A DNA stretch of 64,000 nucleotides from Alloascoidea hylecoeti (lineage: Eukaryota): contig BCKZ01000004.1 in assembly GCA_001600815.1 (NCBI GenBank), positions 496,001 to 560,000 on the forward strand, read 5' to 3'. The notes under the pieces are model-generated. The model saw only the letters and a program-made list of their open reading frames with translations, was not told the DNA's origin and did not search any database. Of this stretch, positions 12,345 through 24,875 are shown piece after piece. The translations under genes and the position numbers were made by a program. Position 1 is the first letter of the stretch; every line of letters begins with the position of its first letter.

Positions 12345-12786
12345 GATAATCTCTAGTTAACAAAAAAAAAAAAAAAAAAAGGAAGCACAATTTTATTATT
12401 ACATTTTCTGTTTAACTTATATATTATTATTGATGATTTATAAGGCTTTTTTTTTTCTTTTTTAATTTTATCTCTATTTCCTTTGTTTTTATTTATCTTT
12501 TATCTATCTTATCTTATTTTTTGTATTGTCCATTTGATTTTTTATATATTTAATATGGTTATGAAAACACAATTGTGTGTTTTGGAATTAAATTAATTAT
12601 AGCTATAGATTAATATATAATCTAACGTTTATTAAATAATTCAAATTCATGTGTGTTGAGTCACTGCTGACATTTTATTGTAGACATTCAGGTTTACCTC
12701 CGTTCTTCATTAACTGAAATTCTTTCTTCTTTAACACCTGAATTCAGTCGTTATTTTTCATTTATAACTGTTGAACTTTTTAAATA

Positions 12787-13789
12787 ATGACATTAGATAA
12801 ACCTGTTCCAAAAGCTATTGTTTTCACCGATTGGGATGGAACCGTTACGTTACAAGTATGTGCAAAAAATGAAAATAATGACGTAAACGTTATCGAGATG
12901 GGATTATTCATTTTAAGAATGCTTCCAACAAGGGGCAAAAATAAACGATCGACGATATAAATTTTATATACTAAATATCAAATACTAATACTCATTTTTT
13001 ATCATTATAGGATAGTAATGATTATCTTACTGATCATTTAGGATTTGGTGAAAAGGAAAGAAAATCAATTGGTCAAGATATTTTAGATTTGAAAACATCA
13101 TTTAGGTAATTATAACCATCATAACAATATACTACTGGATTAACAATGATTATAGAGATGGATTTCAAGTAATGCTTAATTCTATTGATACTCCTTTTGA
13201 TGAATGTATCGAATATTTGGTGAAACGTATGTATTATATAATTATAATATGTTAACTTTTGATTTATCCGACTAATTAATAATGATTTTTAGATATCAAA
13301 CTTGATCCTGGTTTCAAAGAATTTTATCAATGGACAAAAGATAACAATATTCCATTATTAGTTATATCTAGTGGTATGAAACCTATTATTACAGCATTAT
13401 TGGCAAATTTCCTTGGAGAAGATGCTGTTAAAGATATTACGATTGTTTCAAATGATGTTGTTATTAGAGATGATAAAACATGGGATATTGTATATCGAGA
13501 TGAATCATCATTTGGACATGATAAATCTCGCTCTATTAAACCATATGCTGATGAATTTTTACCAGAAAAGCCGATTCTTTTTTATTGTGGAGATGGTGTT
13601 TCTGATTTAAGCGCAGCAAGAGAAACTGATTTATTATTTGCTAAAGAAGGAAGAGATTTGATTACTTATTGTGAAAGAGAAAAAGTTCCATATCATCAAT
13701 TCTCATCATTTAAAGATATTTTAGAAGAAGTAAAAAGTATTTTAGATGAGAGGAAGACCTTGCAAGAAAGTATTGAAAATAATATTTAA
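12787..13789 (+). CDS. HAD-family phosphatase (YNL010W/Pyp1-like); introns 12856-13010, 13106-13155, 13227-13292
   Basis: Spliced MTLDKPVPKAIVFTDWDGTVTLQ|DSNDYLTDHLGFG..SFR|DGF..LVKH|IKLDPGFKEFY..VISSGM..GHDKS..YCGDGVSDLSAA, covering HAD motifs I-IV. Confidence 0.85.
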
Positions 13790-13935
13790 TTGTGATTGTG
13801 TCACATGTTTATATTGTTTAGTACCACAAAAAGGCGCCCTTTAAGTAAAAAACACACAAAGTGGAGAAATTTTCTTTCTTTCAACTAAAAAACCATATAT
13901 ATATATCTATTTATAATATTTATAATAGAAAAACA

Positions 13936-15717
13936 ATGAAACTACTAAAATGTTTCCCTCGTCTGCGGCGGAGACCAATACATTTAATCTTTCTTATGAT
14001 CATTTTTGTTATTTTTCTTTGTGGGTTAAGCCTTACAAATGATTCGTTACTTGTTGATTCCACAAGTACAATCAAGAATGGAAGTTCGGAACCATTGACA
14101 AATAAAGGATTATGGGATACGATATTATTTAAAACAAAACAAGGAACATCTAAATTAAAAGATAAACTTTTACCAGCGAAATCAGGAAGTTCGGAAGCTC
14201 AACATTTTTACGCAAATTTATTTCAAATTTATGATAAGTTTAAACCAACAACTGATCCATTAACACAATATAAAACAGAAACAAAGATTTATCATGCTAA
14301 TTATCATGATAAAACACCAATTTTTACAAAAGAATATCTTGGAGGATTTTTAGATGTTAAAAAGGATGAATTAAATCAATTAAAAGAATCACATTCTAGA
14401 TTATTGGAATCTTTATCAAATTTAAAAATTCATAATTTATATTCAGGCGATGGTATTGTGTATGTTGGTGGTGGTAAATATAATTGGTTGGTTCTATTAT
14501 CAATATATAATTTAAGAAGATTAAATTGTACTTTGCCTGTTGAAATAATTATACCGACTCATGAAGAATATAAATTAGATTCAGATTTATGTGATACAGT
14601 TTTTCCAAAACTTGGTGCAAAATGTATTGTTTTACCTGATAGATTGGGATCAAAAGCATCAAAATTATTTAAGTTCGAAGGTTATCAATATAAAGCATTG
14701 GCATTATTAATATCATCATTTGAAAATGTATTACTTTTAGATTCTGATAATATGCCATTACATGATCCAAGTTTTATTTTCAATGAAGAACCTTTTAAAT
14801 CAAATGGATTAGTTTTATGGCCAGATTTTTGGAAAAGAGCAACAAGTCCTTATTTTTATGATATTGCTGGAATTAAAATTGATTATACTAAACGAATACG
14901 TGGTATAAATAATTTAAATGATGAAAATGAAAAAATGGAAAATATTCCATTTCATGATTTTAAAGGGACAATTCCTGATCCAACTACTGAATCTGGACAA
15001 ATATTACTTAAAAAATCAACTCATGTTCAAACAATTTTATTATCATTATATTATAATTTATTTGGTCCAACTCATTTTTATCCATTATTTTCTCAAGGCT
15101 CCGACGGTGAAGGAGATAAAGAAACTTTCATTGCAGCTGCTGTTGTTTTAAAACAAAAGTTTTATCAAGTTGAGAAATTTATTAAAGCATTTGGTTATTA
15201 TGATGAAAAAGATGGAAATTTTCAAGGTACTGCTATGGGACAATATGATCCATTTCAAGATTATAAACAACAATTATTAAAAGAAGATGATTATTTTAAA
15301 ATTGAAAAAGAAAGAGAAATGATTGAAGTTAGAGATTCAATTAATGAAGTTGTTAATAATTTAATAAATTCAAAAGATGAAGATGAGAATGAAAATAATG
15401 TTGATGTTACTAAGAATACTGATCCAAGAGTATTATTTATACATGCTAATTTTCCTAAACCAAACCCACAAGAATTAAAAGAAGATAATAAGCTGATTAC
15501 TTTTGATAAAAAGAGAAGGAGACTTTATGGATTAGATATGAAAGATTGGGTTGGTTATGATTTTGAACTTGAATTGTGGAAATTAATGAATCGTTTGTTA
15601 TGTGAATTAAAGATTGAATTTGAATGTTTTTCCAAAATAAATAGAGAAGAGCTTTGCTTGGAAGTTAATGAACAACTTCAACTTTTAATTGATTCTGAAA
15701 CTGAAATAATAAGTTAA
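13936..15717 (+). CDS. Golgi alpha-1,2-mannosyltransferase, Mnn2/Mnn5 family (GT71)
   Basis: Type II TM anchor; GDGIVYVGGG, LLLDSDN (DxD), LWPDFW, TESGQ, GEGDKETF motifs; first ATG at 13936. Confidence 0.88.
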   Translation: MKLLKCFPRLRRRPIHLIFLMIIFVIFLCGLSLTNDSLLVDSTSTIKNGSSEPLTNKGLWDTILFKTKQGTSKLKDKLLPAKSGSSEAQHFYANLFQIYDKFKPTTDPLTQYKTETKIYHANYHDKTPIFTKEYLGGFLDVKKDELNQLKESHSRLLESLSNLKIHNLYSGDGIVYVGGGKYNWLVLLSIYNLRRLNCTLPVEIIIPTHEEYKLDSDLCDTVFPKLGAKCIVLPDRLGSKASKLFKFEGYQYKALALLISSFENVLLLDSDNMPLHDPSFIFNEEPFKSNGLVLWPDFWKRATSPYFYDIAGIKIDYTKRIRGINNLNDENEKMENIPFHDFKGTIPDPTTESGQILLKKSTHVQTILLSLYYNLFGPTHFYPLFSQGSDGEGDKETFIAAAVVLKQKFYQVEKFIKAFGYYDEKDGNFQGTAMGQYDPFQDYKQQLLKEDDYFKIEKEREMIEVRDSINEVVNNLINSKDEDENENNVDVTKNTDPRVLFIHANFPKPNPQELKEDNKLITFDKKRRRLYGLDMKDWVGYDFELELWKLMNRLLCELKIEFECFSKINREELCLEVNEQLQLLIDSETEIIS

Positions 15718-15942
15718 ATAGGTAATAATAATAAAATTGGAATGTTTTATATGTTAATTGTGCCATTTTTATTCACTTCCTGTAGACCATCTTTAAGTTA
15801 TGTATGTAAATGTACGGATGTTATTGACATTCTGTTTATCTTCTATCTTTTTAACCAAATATTATTTGAAACCATCATATTTTCATAAACAAGTAATGGA
15901 AAATAAATATTTAAAGGCAAAAACAAAAACCTACAATTTGAG

Positions 15943-17121
15943 ATGAGTGATAAGTCCAAATCAAAGATCGTTGGTGAATTTATTGATTCTTCAACGAATC
16001 ATAAAACGGATCATGAAAAGGATCATGGAATAAATGGTGAAGATTCGCTTCTAGCTGCAGATTTCACTGATGATCAATATAATTCAGCTATTACTATATC
16101 TTTACTGGTGCTATTGTCTGGAATGACTTGGTATAGTATATATTCAATTCTGGGGCAATTAATTTTGATATTAATACTTTTATTTACTCAGATGGTAATC
16201 ATATTTTGGGGAATCATATGGTATAGTATAAACAACAAAGGAAATATAAAAGAATTAAAAGATTACAATAATACTAGATTAAAATCAAAAATTGGAAAGA
16301 AATTTAAATTCGTTCAAAATTCAAATAATTGGAATATTGAATTAAATAATTTTAAAAATGAAAATGAATATGATAATTTACCAACTTTCCCTCAATCTTT
16401 TATAATTTCTGATACTTTAGATCAAATATTTGATAGTATTATAAAAGATTTTGTTAATTCTTGGTATAATAAAATTTCTGGAGATAGTAATGATATACGT
16501 TTTACAAATCAAATTAAAGAATCATTAAGAGGAACAATAGTGAATCTTCAAGAAAGATTATCATCAATAGATATTTCTGAACTTGTTGTTTATAAATTAA
16601 TACCAATCATGCAACAACATTTTGAAGATTTTTTAGAATCTGAAAAAAAAGTACGTGAAAGATCAAGAATTAGAAAAATTTCAGATTCAAATGAATTAGA
16701 ATTATCAATTGCATTAAATTTTAAAAGAAGAAATTTACATAAATCAGTTAATTTGAAATCAATTAATCAAGAATTAAATCGTAAAAAATGGGCAAGTAAG
16801 AAATTTTCAAAAATTATACCATTATTAATACCTAAACAAGATTCCGAATTATCGTTAACAAATATTTTTACATTGGAAATTTTATCTTGTACAATTATTA
16901 ATCCTATTATTTCAATTATTACTGATCCTGATTTTTGGAATCAACAAATTATAAAAATTGCTGGAAATACATTAAGAGATAGAGCACAAGTTAAAAAATT
17001 AAGATCATTATTAGTTCAACATGCAAAATTAGACGGTAAAGTTTTAAATTTTGAATCAAAACAAAACAACATTGATAAAAATAATCATGTTAACGTTAAC
17101 AACAACAACAACAACAACAAC

Positions 17122-17153
<32 letters not shown>

Positions 17154-20100
17154 TGACAATAATGATGATATTTCTTCAACAATTATACCACCAACAAATA
17201 ATTTAATAACACTGGATAAATTATTTTTAAATTTATTAAAACAACAAACAAATTCAAAAAGTTTATCATCTGAAATATTTAATCAAATAAATTATGAAAT
17301 TGAAAAATGTTCAACAGTCGTTGAAGCAAATCAAGCACATTATTATATTTCATCACATTTAAAAAAAAAATTAAAAGAATTTAAAGAAACTGGTAGTCCA
17401 GGTAGTGATACAACTTATCTTTTTCAATTACAAAAATTAAAACAAATTTTAGAATTAAAAATTAAAAAACTTAATAATTTACAATTATTTAGTAGTGATG
17501 AAGAAGATGATATTTATGAAGAAGATGAAGAAGACTCAAGTATTAAATCGGGCACAAAGAAATCTAATATTAAAAATAATAATAGTAAAAGGAAATCTAA
17601 AACTAAATATAAAATAAAAAATAAAAAAAATCGTATTGCAACGCATAAAGAATCAATATCAAAAATCATTGTTGAACATGATCCAAGAGAAGATGCCACA
17701 ATAATAGATATTCTTGGTAATCCAAAATCTTTATCATTTTTTAAACAATTTATGGATGAAGATCCAATACGATCAATAACACTTCAATATTGGCTAAGAG
17801 TTAATAAGATTAAAGATCCTTTAGAAGATGCAACAAGAGATGATTATGAAGAAGAACTATTATCACACAGTATTGATATGTCTGCTGATTCAGATGAATT
17901 GGTTAAAATTTATTATGATTTTTTTGATAATGAAATAAATTCAGATTATTTACAAATTTTAAATGATTTAAAAGAGAAAATTAATCCATTTATAATCAAT
18001 TGCATTAATACAACTAATAATAATAATAAATCAAAAATCAATTATACATCATATATACTTGCGAGGAAAACAATCTTAGTATTGCAATCAAGTATATTTA
18101 ATAAAATGAAAATTAAATATTTACCAGAATTTAAAAAATCGGATCATTTTTTAAAATATTTAGCTTTGGAATATCATGAATCAACGTATGGAAATCAAAG
18201 ACAAAAAGGTGTTGATGATTTACAAATTGATTCAATTGGAGAATCAAATGATCTAGATATTGAATTACAAAAATCAATGGCAATTCCACCTTTATTTGAT
18301 GAATTATGGGTTGATAATGAAACCGTGAATGAGGATGAAATGGAAAATGGGAAAGTAATATCAAAAACTGATAATTTAGAAGAAGCATTGAATGAAATTC
18401 TATATAATGATTTAAATAATCTTGACTTAGCTCGTTCAAATTCAACTGAAAGTACTAGTGCAGTACAATCATCACCTCCTTCAAGACTTATGAGTCCAAT
18501 CAGTGATGTATTCAAGCATGGAAGATCACCATCAGGAATATCATTAAGTAGTCTTAAAGCACAATCAAAGACATCAATTGCTACCAATGATGATTTATTT
18601 GGAATGAGTAGTCCAGCAACATCTCTTAAGAACAATAAATTACCATTTGATGATATAACTAGTACTACAAAATCTTCAACACGATTATTTTATAGTGACG
18701 ATGAATCAGAAAATGATATTGATAATAATGAATTGATTATAGGAAACAATAACAATAATCCTAATAATGATGATGATGAAAATTCAGATATTTCAGAAAA
18801 TATTGATGCTGAATTTGAACCACAAGCTCATTTGGCAGCACCAGGAGATTTAGGATTATCAGAAAAGATTCAAAAATTATCATCAGAAATTGAAAATTTA
18901 TATTCTCAAGTTTCTGTTTTAACACCTTTATTAAGTAAAGCAGAATTAACAAATAATTTAGCACAACTAAGAATTTTAAAAAAATCTAAACTTTCATTAC
19001 AAAGAGAAATTCAATCAAAAGAATTACAAAAACAACAATATATTTTACAAGAAAATGAAAATAGCTTATATGGGAAATCAAAAGTTAGAATTCAATCAAA
19101 TGTTAGAGCACAAGATAATAATAATGATAAAGGTTTTTATATTCTTTATATAATTGAAGTTCAAAAAATTGGAATAGATGGTTCAGTTGTTGCAGGATGG
19201 GTTGTTGCAAGACGTTATTCACAATTTTTTAAATTACATCATCATTTATCAAGAATTTATCCAAAAGTTAGACAATTATCATTACCTAAAAAAAATGTAT
19301 CAGTTTTAAAATTTCAAAAAAATTTAATTGATTCAAGACAAAAAGGATTAGAAAAATATTTACAAGATTTATTGACAATGAAAGATGTTTGTCAATCAAG
19401 AGCATTTCGTTATTTTTTATCTTCTGAAACATTTTCAATGAATGGATTTGATGATAAAGGAGGGAAAGATTTAGCTTCAAAATTGGTAAGTGGTATAGCA
19501 GAAGGAGTTGAAGATTTATTAGGACATCAAATTACAAATTGGAAATTACCAATTCAAAATTTAAGAACATCGAGAAGCAGCTCTACAACTAATTCCAAAA
19601 TTGAATCGGATATTAGTACAACAACCCCTGATGGGTATTCATTATCAACCCAATTTTTAGATCTTGAAAAAGAACTAAGTAGTTTTGATCAAGATCAAAC
19701 AAGTTCAACACAAAGACCTCCATTTGTTAAACCAATTTGTGATTTATTTATGGTTGTTTTTGGATTAAACCGAGGAAATGGTGGTTGGATACGTGGAAGA
19801 GCGGTACTTGTTGTTTTACAACAATTATTAGGATCAACAATTGAAAGAAAATTAAGAGAACAATTTAATATACTATACGATAAGATTCATATAATGAATT
19901 TACTTGAAACTTTACAAGATTCTTTATGGCCAATGAATAAATTAGGAGAACGACAATTTCTCAAAAGATCTGAACCAAGAACACAAATTGAAAAATCTAA
20001 ATGTAAACATGAAGCAAAATTAATTTTTATAACATTAATGAATGAATATTGTTCAAAAATTGTTGGTGGTAATAATTCAAGATACGCTTCAACTAAAATG

Positions 20101-20196
20101 TTTTCAATGTTACAAAATTCAATCCTCAATCATCAATTGATTTATGAAATATTAGAAGAAACTTTAGATGAAATATTTCCTGAAATTTCAACATAA
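15943..20196 (+). CDS. MDM1: PXA-RGS-PX-PXC sorting nexin (Mdm1/Snx13 family)
   Basis: Two N-terminal TMs; PXA (IIKDFVNSWY); RGS-like segment (DILGNPKSLSFFKQFM..LQYW); PX (VARRYSQF); Nexin_C (WIRGRA..VVLQQLLG.TIE). Confidence 0.85.
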
Positions 20197-20457
20197 TTGT
20201 AATATTAGTAATATTATGGAAAAATATTTGGATATATTATACAATTTATTTCCTTATATACCCATAACTAAAAAAACATATAAATAGTATAAATTTAGAG
20301 TAAGAAAGAAAAAGATGGTAATAAAATCTATATGCAAACCAAGGAAACAAAAACATGTGAGTAATTATTCATAATTAGATTTATTGTAGTAAATTGTTTT
20401 TATTAATGTAAGGTAAAAAAAAAAGGTATAAAAGAATTTCATTTTCATCGTAATTAA

Positions 20458-21282
20458 TTATAACATAAATGTCATAAAAATTGGAACCAAGCCACATAGT
20501 ATCAACTTGTAATTGAAGCTGAATCCTTCATCACCGTGCCATAAAGATGGTCTTAAACTATTTGCTCCGCCGAATAAAGTTGTATCTCTAGAAACATCAG
20601 TAACGGTATCTGATGTTCTGTAAGTAGTGATATATGAAGTTGTGTAGCCATCAGTAGTAAGTGTAACCCATTCATAGCCAGTAGGAGTGAAGTCCTTTGT
20701 GCCTGTGATATAAGAAGTGGTTGTATATGTTGTTCCATCAGCATCAGTTGTAACATAAACTGTCCTGCTGGTTCCTGTTACTTCTGCTGCTGCTGTAGTG
20801 GTAGTTTCCCCAACCGTTTGCGTAGCAGTGGTGACTGTGCCTGTGACGATAGCTGTAGCAGTAGATGTTGTAACAACAGCAGTAGCGACAGTAGCAGTAT
20901 CAACCCAAGTGTTAACCCAACCCCCTTCATAAGTTGTAACATAACATCCACAAGCTTCGTAGTATGTAGAACCAGCGACAGAACCAATTCCAATAGTTGT
21001 TGTACTTGTGAAATCAGCCCAACCTCCATTATAAACCGTGGAAGTCACCAGAACCACCACAGCTACTGGAGTAGTAGTACAACCATCAACAGCAACGACA
21101 ACAGTTGAATATGAAGTTGCAACATAAGCGACATCCCTTTTCTCGGCTACGTTCAACTCTGCAGCAGCTGTAACTCCGGGATCAGCAACTGTAATTGCTT
21201 CGGTTTGTGCTGGAGCGGCCATTGGAGCTGCAAGAGCCGTGCTAACAAACAAAGCAGTGAGAAGAGACTTTATGCTGACCAT
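20458..21282 (-). CDS. Secreted Thr/Val-rich protein, probably GPI-anchored cell-wall protein
   Basis: Signal peptide, Kex2-like EKR site, Thr-rich body, hydrophobic C-terminus. Confidence 0.75.
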   Translation of the reverse strand: MVSIKSLLTALFVSTALAAPMAAPAQTEAITVADPGVTAAAELNVAEKRDVAYVATSYSTVVVAVDGCTTTPVAVVVLVTSTVYNGGWADFTSTTTIGIGSVAGSTYYEACGCYVTTYEGGWVNTWVDTATVATAVVTTSTATAIVTGTVTTATQTVGETTTTAAAEVTGTSRTVYVTTDADGTTYTTTSYITGTKDFTPTGYEWVTLTTDGYTTSYITTYRTSDTVTDVSRDTTLFGGANSLRPSLWHGDEGFSFNYKLILCGLVPIFMTFML

Positions 21283-22348
21283 TATATCAATATTGATTGT
21301 ATTAATTAAGTTACTGGTAATTTAGAGTTGGAAGACTTCGATGATATCCAGGTTATTTATACTGGCATCATAACAATGATAAAATAAGGATGCTGGCTCC
21401 CGTGAAATGTAATTACATGTATTAATCAATCTATTACTTTTGATATTGGTATTGATGTTTAATAATTTGAAAATTTAAAGTGTGGTTGGCAGATTGACGT
21501 ACACCAAAACTGAGACCAGCCCTGTATTTCTGCTCCCCTGGACTCCCCTAGGTTGCAAGCTATTCCCCAGGTAATTATACCCAGCCGTTAGAATTATAAC
21601 GTTATCACTTCTAAGTTCTTACTAACAATTAGAAATATAATTATATAGGGCCTATATGGTATTCATGATCACATCTTGGGAGCACTTATATATTGTTTAG
21701 TTTCCATTCGTTCTTGAAATTTCAACTTGTTACGCATAACCTTTTAATTATATGATTATGATATCTGAACATTAATAACAAGAAAATACTGGGGGTGACA
21801 GGTGTGCTGGCAGGTTCATGTATTTCTTCAAGGCGCCGACTTTACGTCTTTTGTTGATGTTTGTGTATCTGAAACACCAACAACATCTTATAATAATATA
21901 ATGGTAGGCAATTCTATCCTTAATATATTAAATAGTAATCTCATGATGATTTAAACTGCTTTTGATTTATTATCAAAAAGGTTATCCAGATTTCTATTGC
22001 AATTGTTCTTTGGTAACTATTTGTCTTGCAGCATTTATTTAGTATTCAGCGCTCCATTATTATTATGCACACTAATTATATCGTTATTTTCGCGAATTAT
22101 TTCTCTTCAAGCAGCTAAGAATTAGCGTTCTTTTACGACGAAGGATATTTAAAAATTCACCAGTCATTGATCCCCACAAGTGACGATTTATAAACTGTAC
22201 TTCTGATAATGATTAAATAAACTATATGAACTAATACAAGATAACTTTATACATGTTTTTTGTGTATATGGGGTATTTTCTCTCTAGATCTATGCATTAT
22301 ATCATTTAAATTTTTGTAGAAAACATCTAGTGATAACAATCACAATTC

Positions 22349-24429
22349 TTATACTTTATAACTTTGATGTATGGTTTTTCTTCCACGTCTTGTAACGGTA
22401 GGGAATTTCGGTTCCTCGACTTTTGCCGTTGCTTCAACCCAATTCACGTATCTTGGAGCTCTCTTTTCACTTTTCTTTTTTGGAGGCAAGTAGTCATCCA
22501 TATCCGCATCATCATCTGTAGATGATAAATCATTAATTTCATTTATAAACGTTTTCTCATGTCCAATAGTTTTATTATTATACTCATGTTCTATACCATT
22601 AGAAGAGGGAGAAGAACGAGCTCTTTTTGAATGTGAAGCTTTATTATTATACCTATGTTCTAAACCATTAGAAAAGGAATAACAAGATCTTTTTGATGAT
22701 GAATGCAAAGTTTTCTTTACGGAATGCCCTTTCTTCGATCTATTTTGATTTGCTAAAATATATTCATAAACACTTTTTCTTATTTTTGGAGCGAAATCCT
22801 CCAACTTAGGGCCTTTTTCTATATTTTTAATTACACCAAATGAATTAGCAGTTTTTAAATCAATTTTTTCTTTTTTTGTTTTTGGCCACCAAGTCTCATA
22901 TAATCTAGCATGTCTGAAACATCTTGAACAATATCTGCTAACTTTAACTTGGTCTGAAGGGAAATAAACACCACAATTACCACATTCGTATAAATGACAT
23001 TTCTCGGTATCACTGTATGTTTGAATTTTAGTGAAACTATCTAGGATTCGAACTTTTCGTTTCTCAAACATTGAATCTGATTCACGATTACCATGTTTTG
23101 GAATTGTACCTAAAATACCCCAGATACTATTATCCTTATCTATAAATGCTCTAAGTGAAAGACTGAAATTCATTGGAGTTGTTTCTCTTCTTCGTCTTAA
23201 TTGCCTTTCACCATTTGATGATTCTGAATTAAATGAGGGTGAAGATACTGAATCATGAATATCATATTTTATTTTTATATCCCGTTCGACAGGTTTCAAA
23301 TTTGTATCTGAATTCAAATAATCTAGAGATTTTGAAGGTTGTTGTTTAAAATAATTTGACTCTTTTAGAGCAGAGTATTCATGATCTCCTGCACTAATAA
23401 TTTCAGGTGTTAGGTAACTATTAATAGTAATATTAATATTTTCTTTTTCATTTGAACTTTCTCGTTCTAATTTTGATCGTTCTCTTTTATTTCTTATTTT
23501 GTTGTAATAAACTTTCATTATGTTGTCTAATTCTTCAAATCTATCATCTGGTATTTCCTCTGTTGGTTTATTCAAATCCATTGCTTCATAATATGATCTT
23601 GGTGCAAATGCTCCTTTATGTTCTCTTTCACAAGTTAAGCATAAACATTCTCTATTATCTTTACCAAAATAATCATCACCATACATAACAGTTATTTCTT
23701 CACCAATGTTAATGTTTCTTGTTGCTATAAGTGACATTCGAAGGCCACCTACACCTGCTGTTGAAAATCTGCAATTTGCATTACAATCATGGTTAACAAA
23801 TCTTGCTGGACCTAACATTAAACACTCTTTACTTCTTGATGTAACCACAATTGAAAAATCTCTACCCCTTTCCCAGACGCCTTTTTCATCAGGTTGTATT
23901 GGAATCATAGAACCAATTAACTTTTCGATTTTCTCACCTTCTGTATATTCCTTTCTTGCTATAACACATGCTTCAACACGGCCGGATTTACTTATGTAAC
24001 GATCTGTTGTATCAATTTCAAATCCAACTTTTTCATCGTATATATTGGCATATAATCTAACATGATTATCGAATTCTTTCGATGATTCTTTATTTGTGAT
24101 GTATCGATTAGTGAAATTAATAACAGGTGGTAACATCATAAATTCATCAACAAAGGAAGCAACTTTGGTGTGGATGGTAACCTTAGATCTATTGTAGTGT
24201 ATCAATTCTTCTTTAATTAATGCTGTTATTTGATGAGATGTTATCTCCAGAATTTTTGGCTGAGGTTGAATTTTACGAATTTCTGACCAGTAGTATACCT
24301 AGATATTCCATTATTAGTTATAGAGATAATTTTATTTTATCAGAAAAAAAACATGGTTACCTTATCGATTAAAAGATTTGTTATGAAATCATCCATGATA
24401 GATATATCATAGGTTCCTAAGCATGCCAT
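22349..24429 (-). CDS. SET9: Set9/Suv4-20-family histone H4K20 methyltransferase, copy A; intron 24360-24299
   Basis: MACLGTYDISIMDDFITNLLIDK|VYYWSEIRK; RDFSI, LGPARFVNHDC, EEITVMYG.DYFG.DN.ECLCLTCE; downstream CxxC..CxRCxRH.RLY..WP. Confidence 0.88.
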
Positions 24430-24875
24430 TTGAAGGTATTGTTATATCCGAGAACGCGAAAATAATTTGAAGTATGGTACTTCTTTTCAAAAATAAAAGG
24501 ATAAACAATTTAAAAAAGCCAGGAATAAGAAAGATCCGAATGAAGGAAGCCAGTAACTAAATGAATACAAATATCGATCTCTAAATTTATATTTCAAATT
24601 TTATATTTCATTAACTAAATATTGTTTTCTGTGTTTAAATAATATAACTTTTCTTCCCCTTGACATTTAAATTACCCCTTTTTAAAACAAATGAGTGTTT
24701 CCTTTTAAAATCACTGATTATAAAAGGGTATAGACATGGATGTTATTTTTTTCTAAAGAGAATATTCTTGTTTTTACGCGTTGTTTATCTTTGACATGGC
24801 AGGGTAACGGTAATATTAGCACAAAAACAAAAATCTATCATTAAAAAAGAAATTTTTAAAAATCTATAGCTACAA

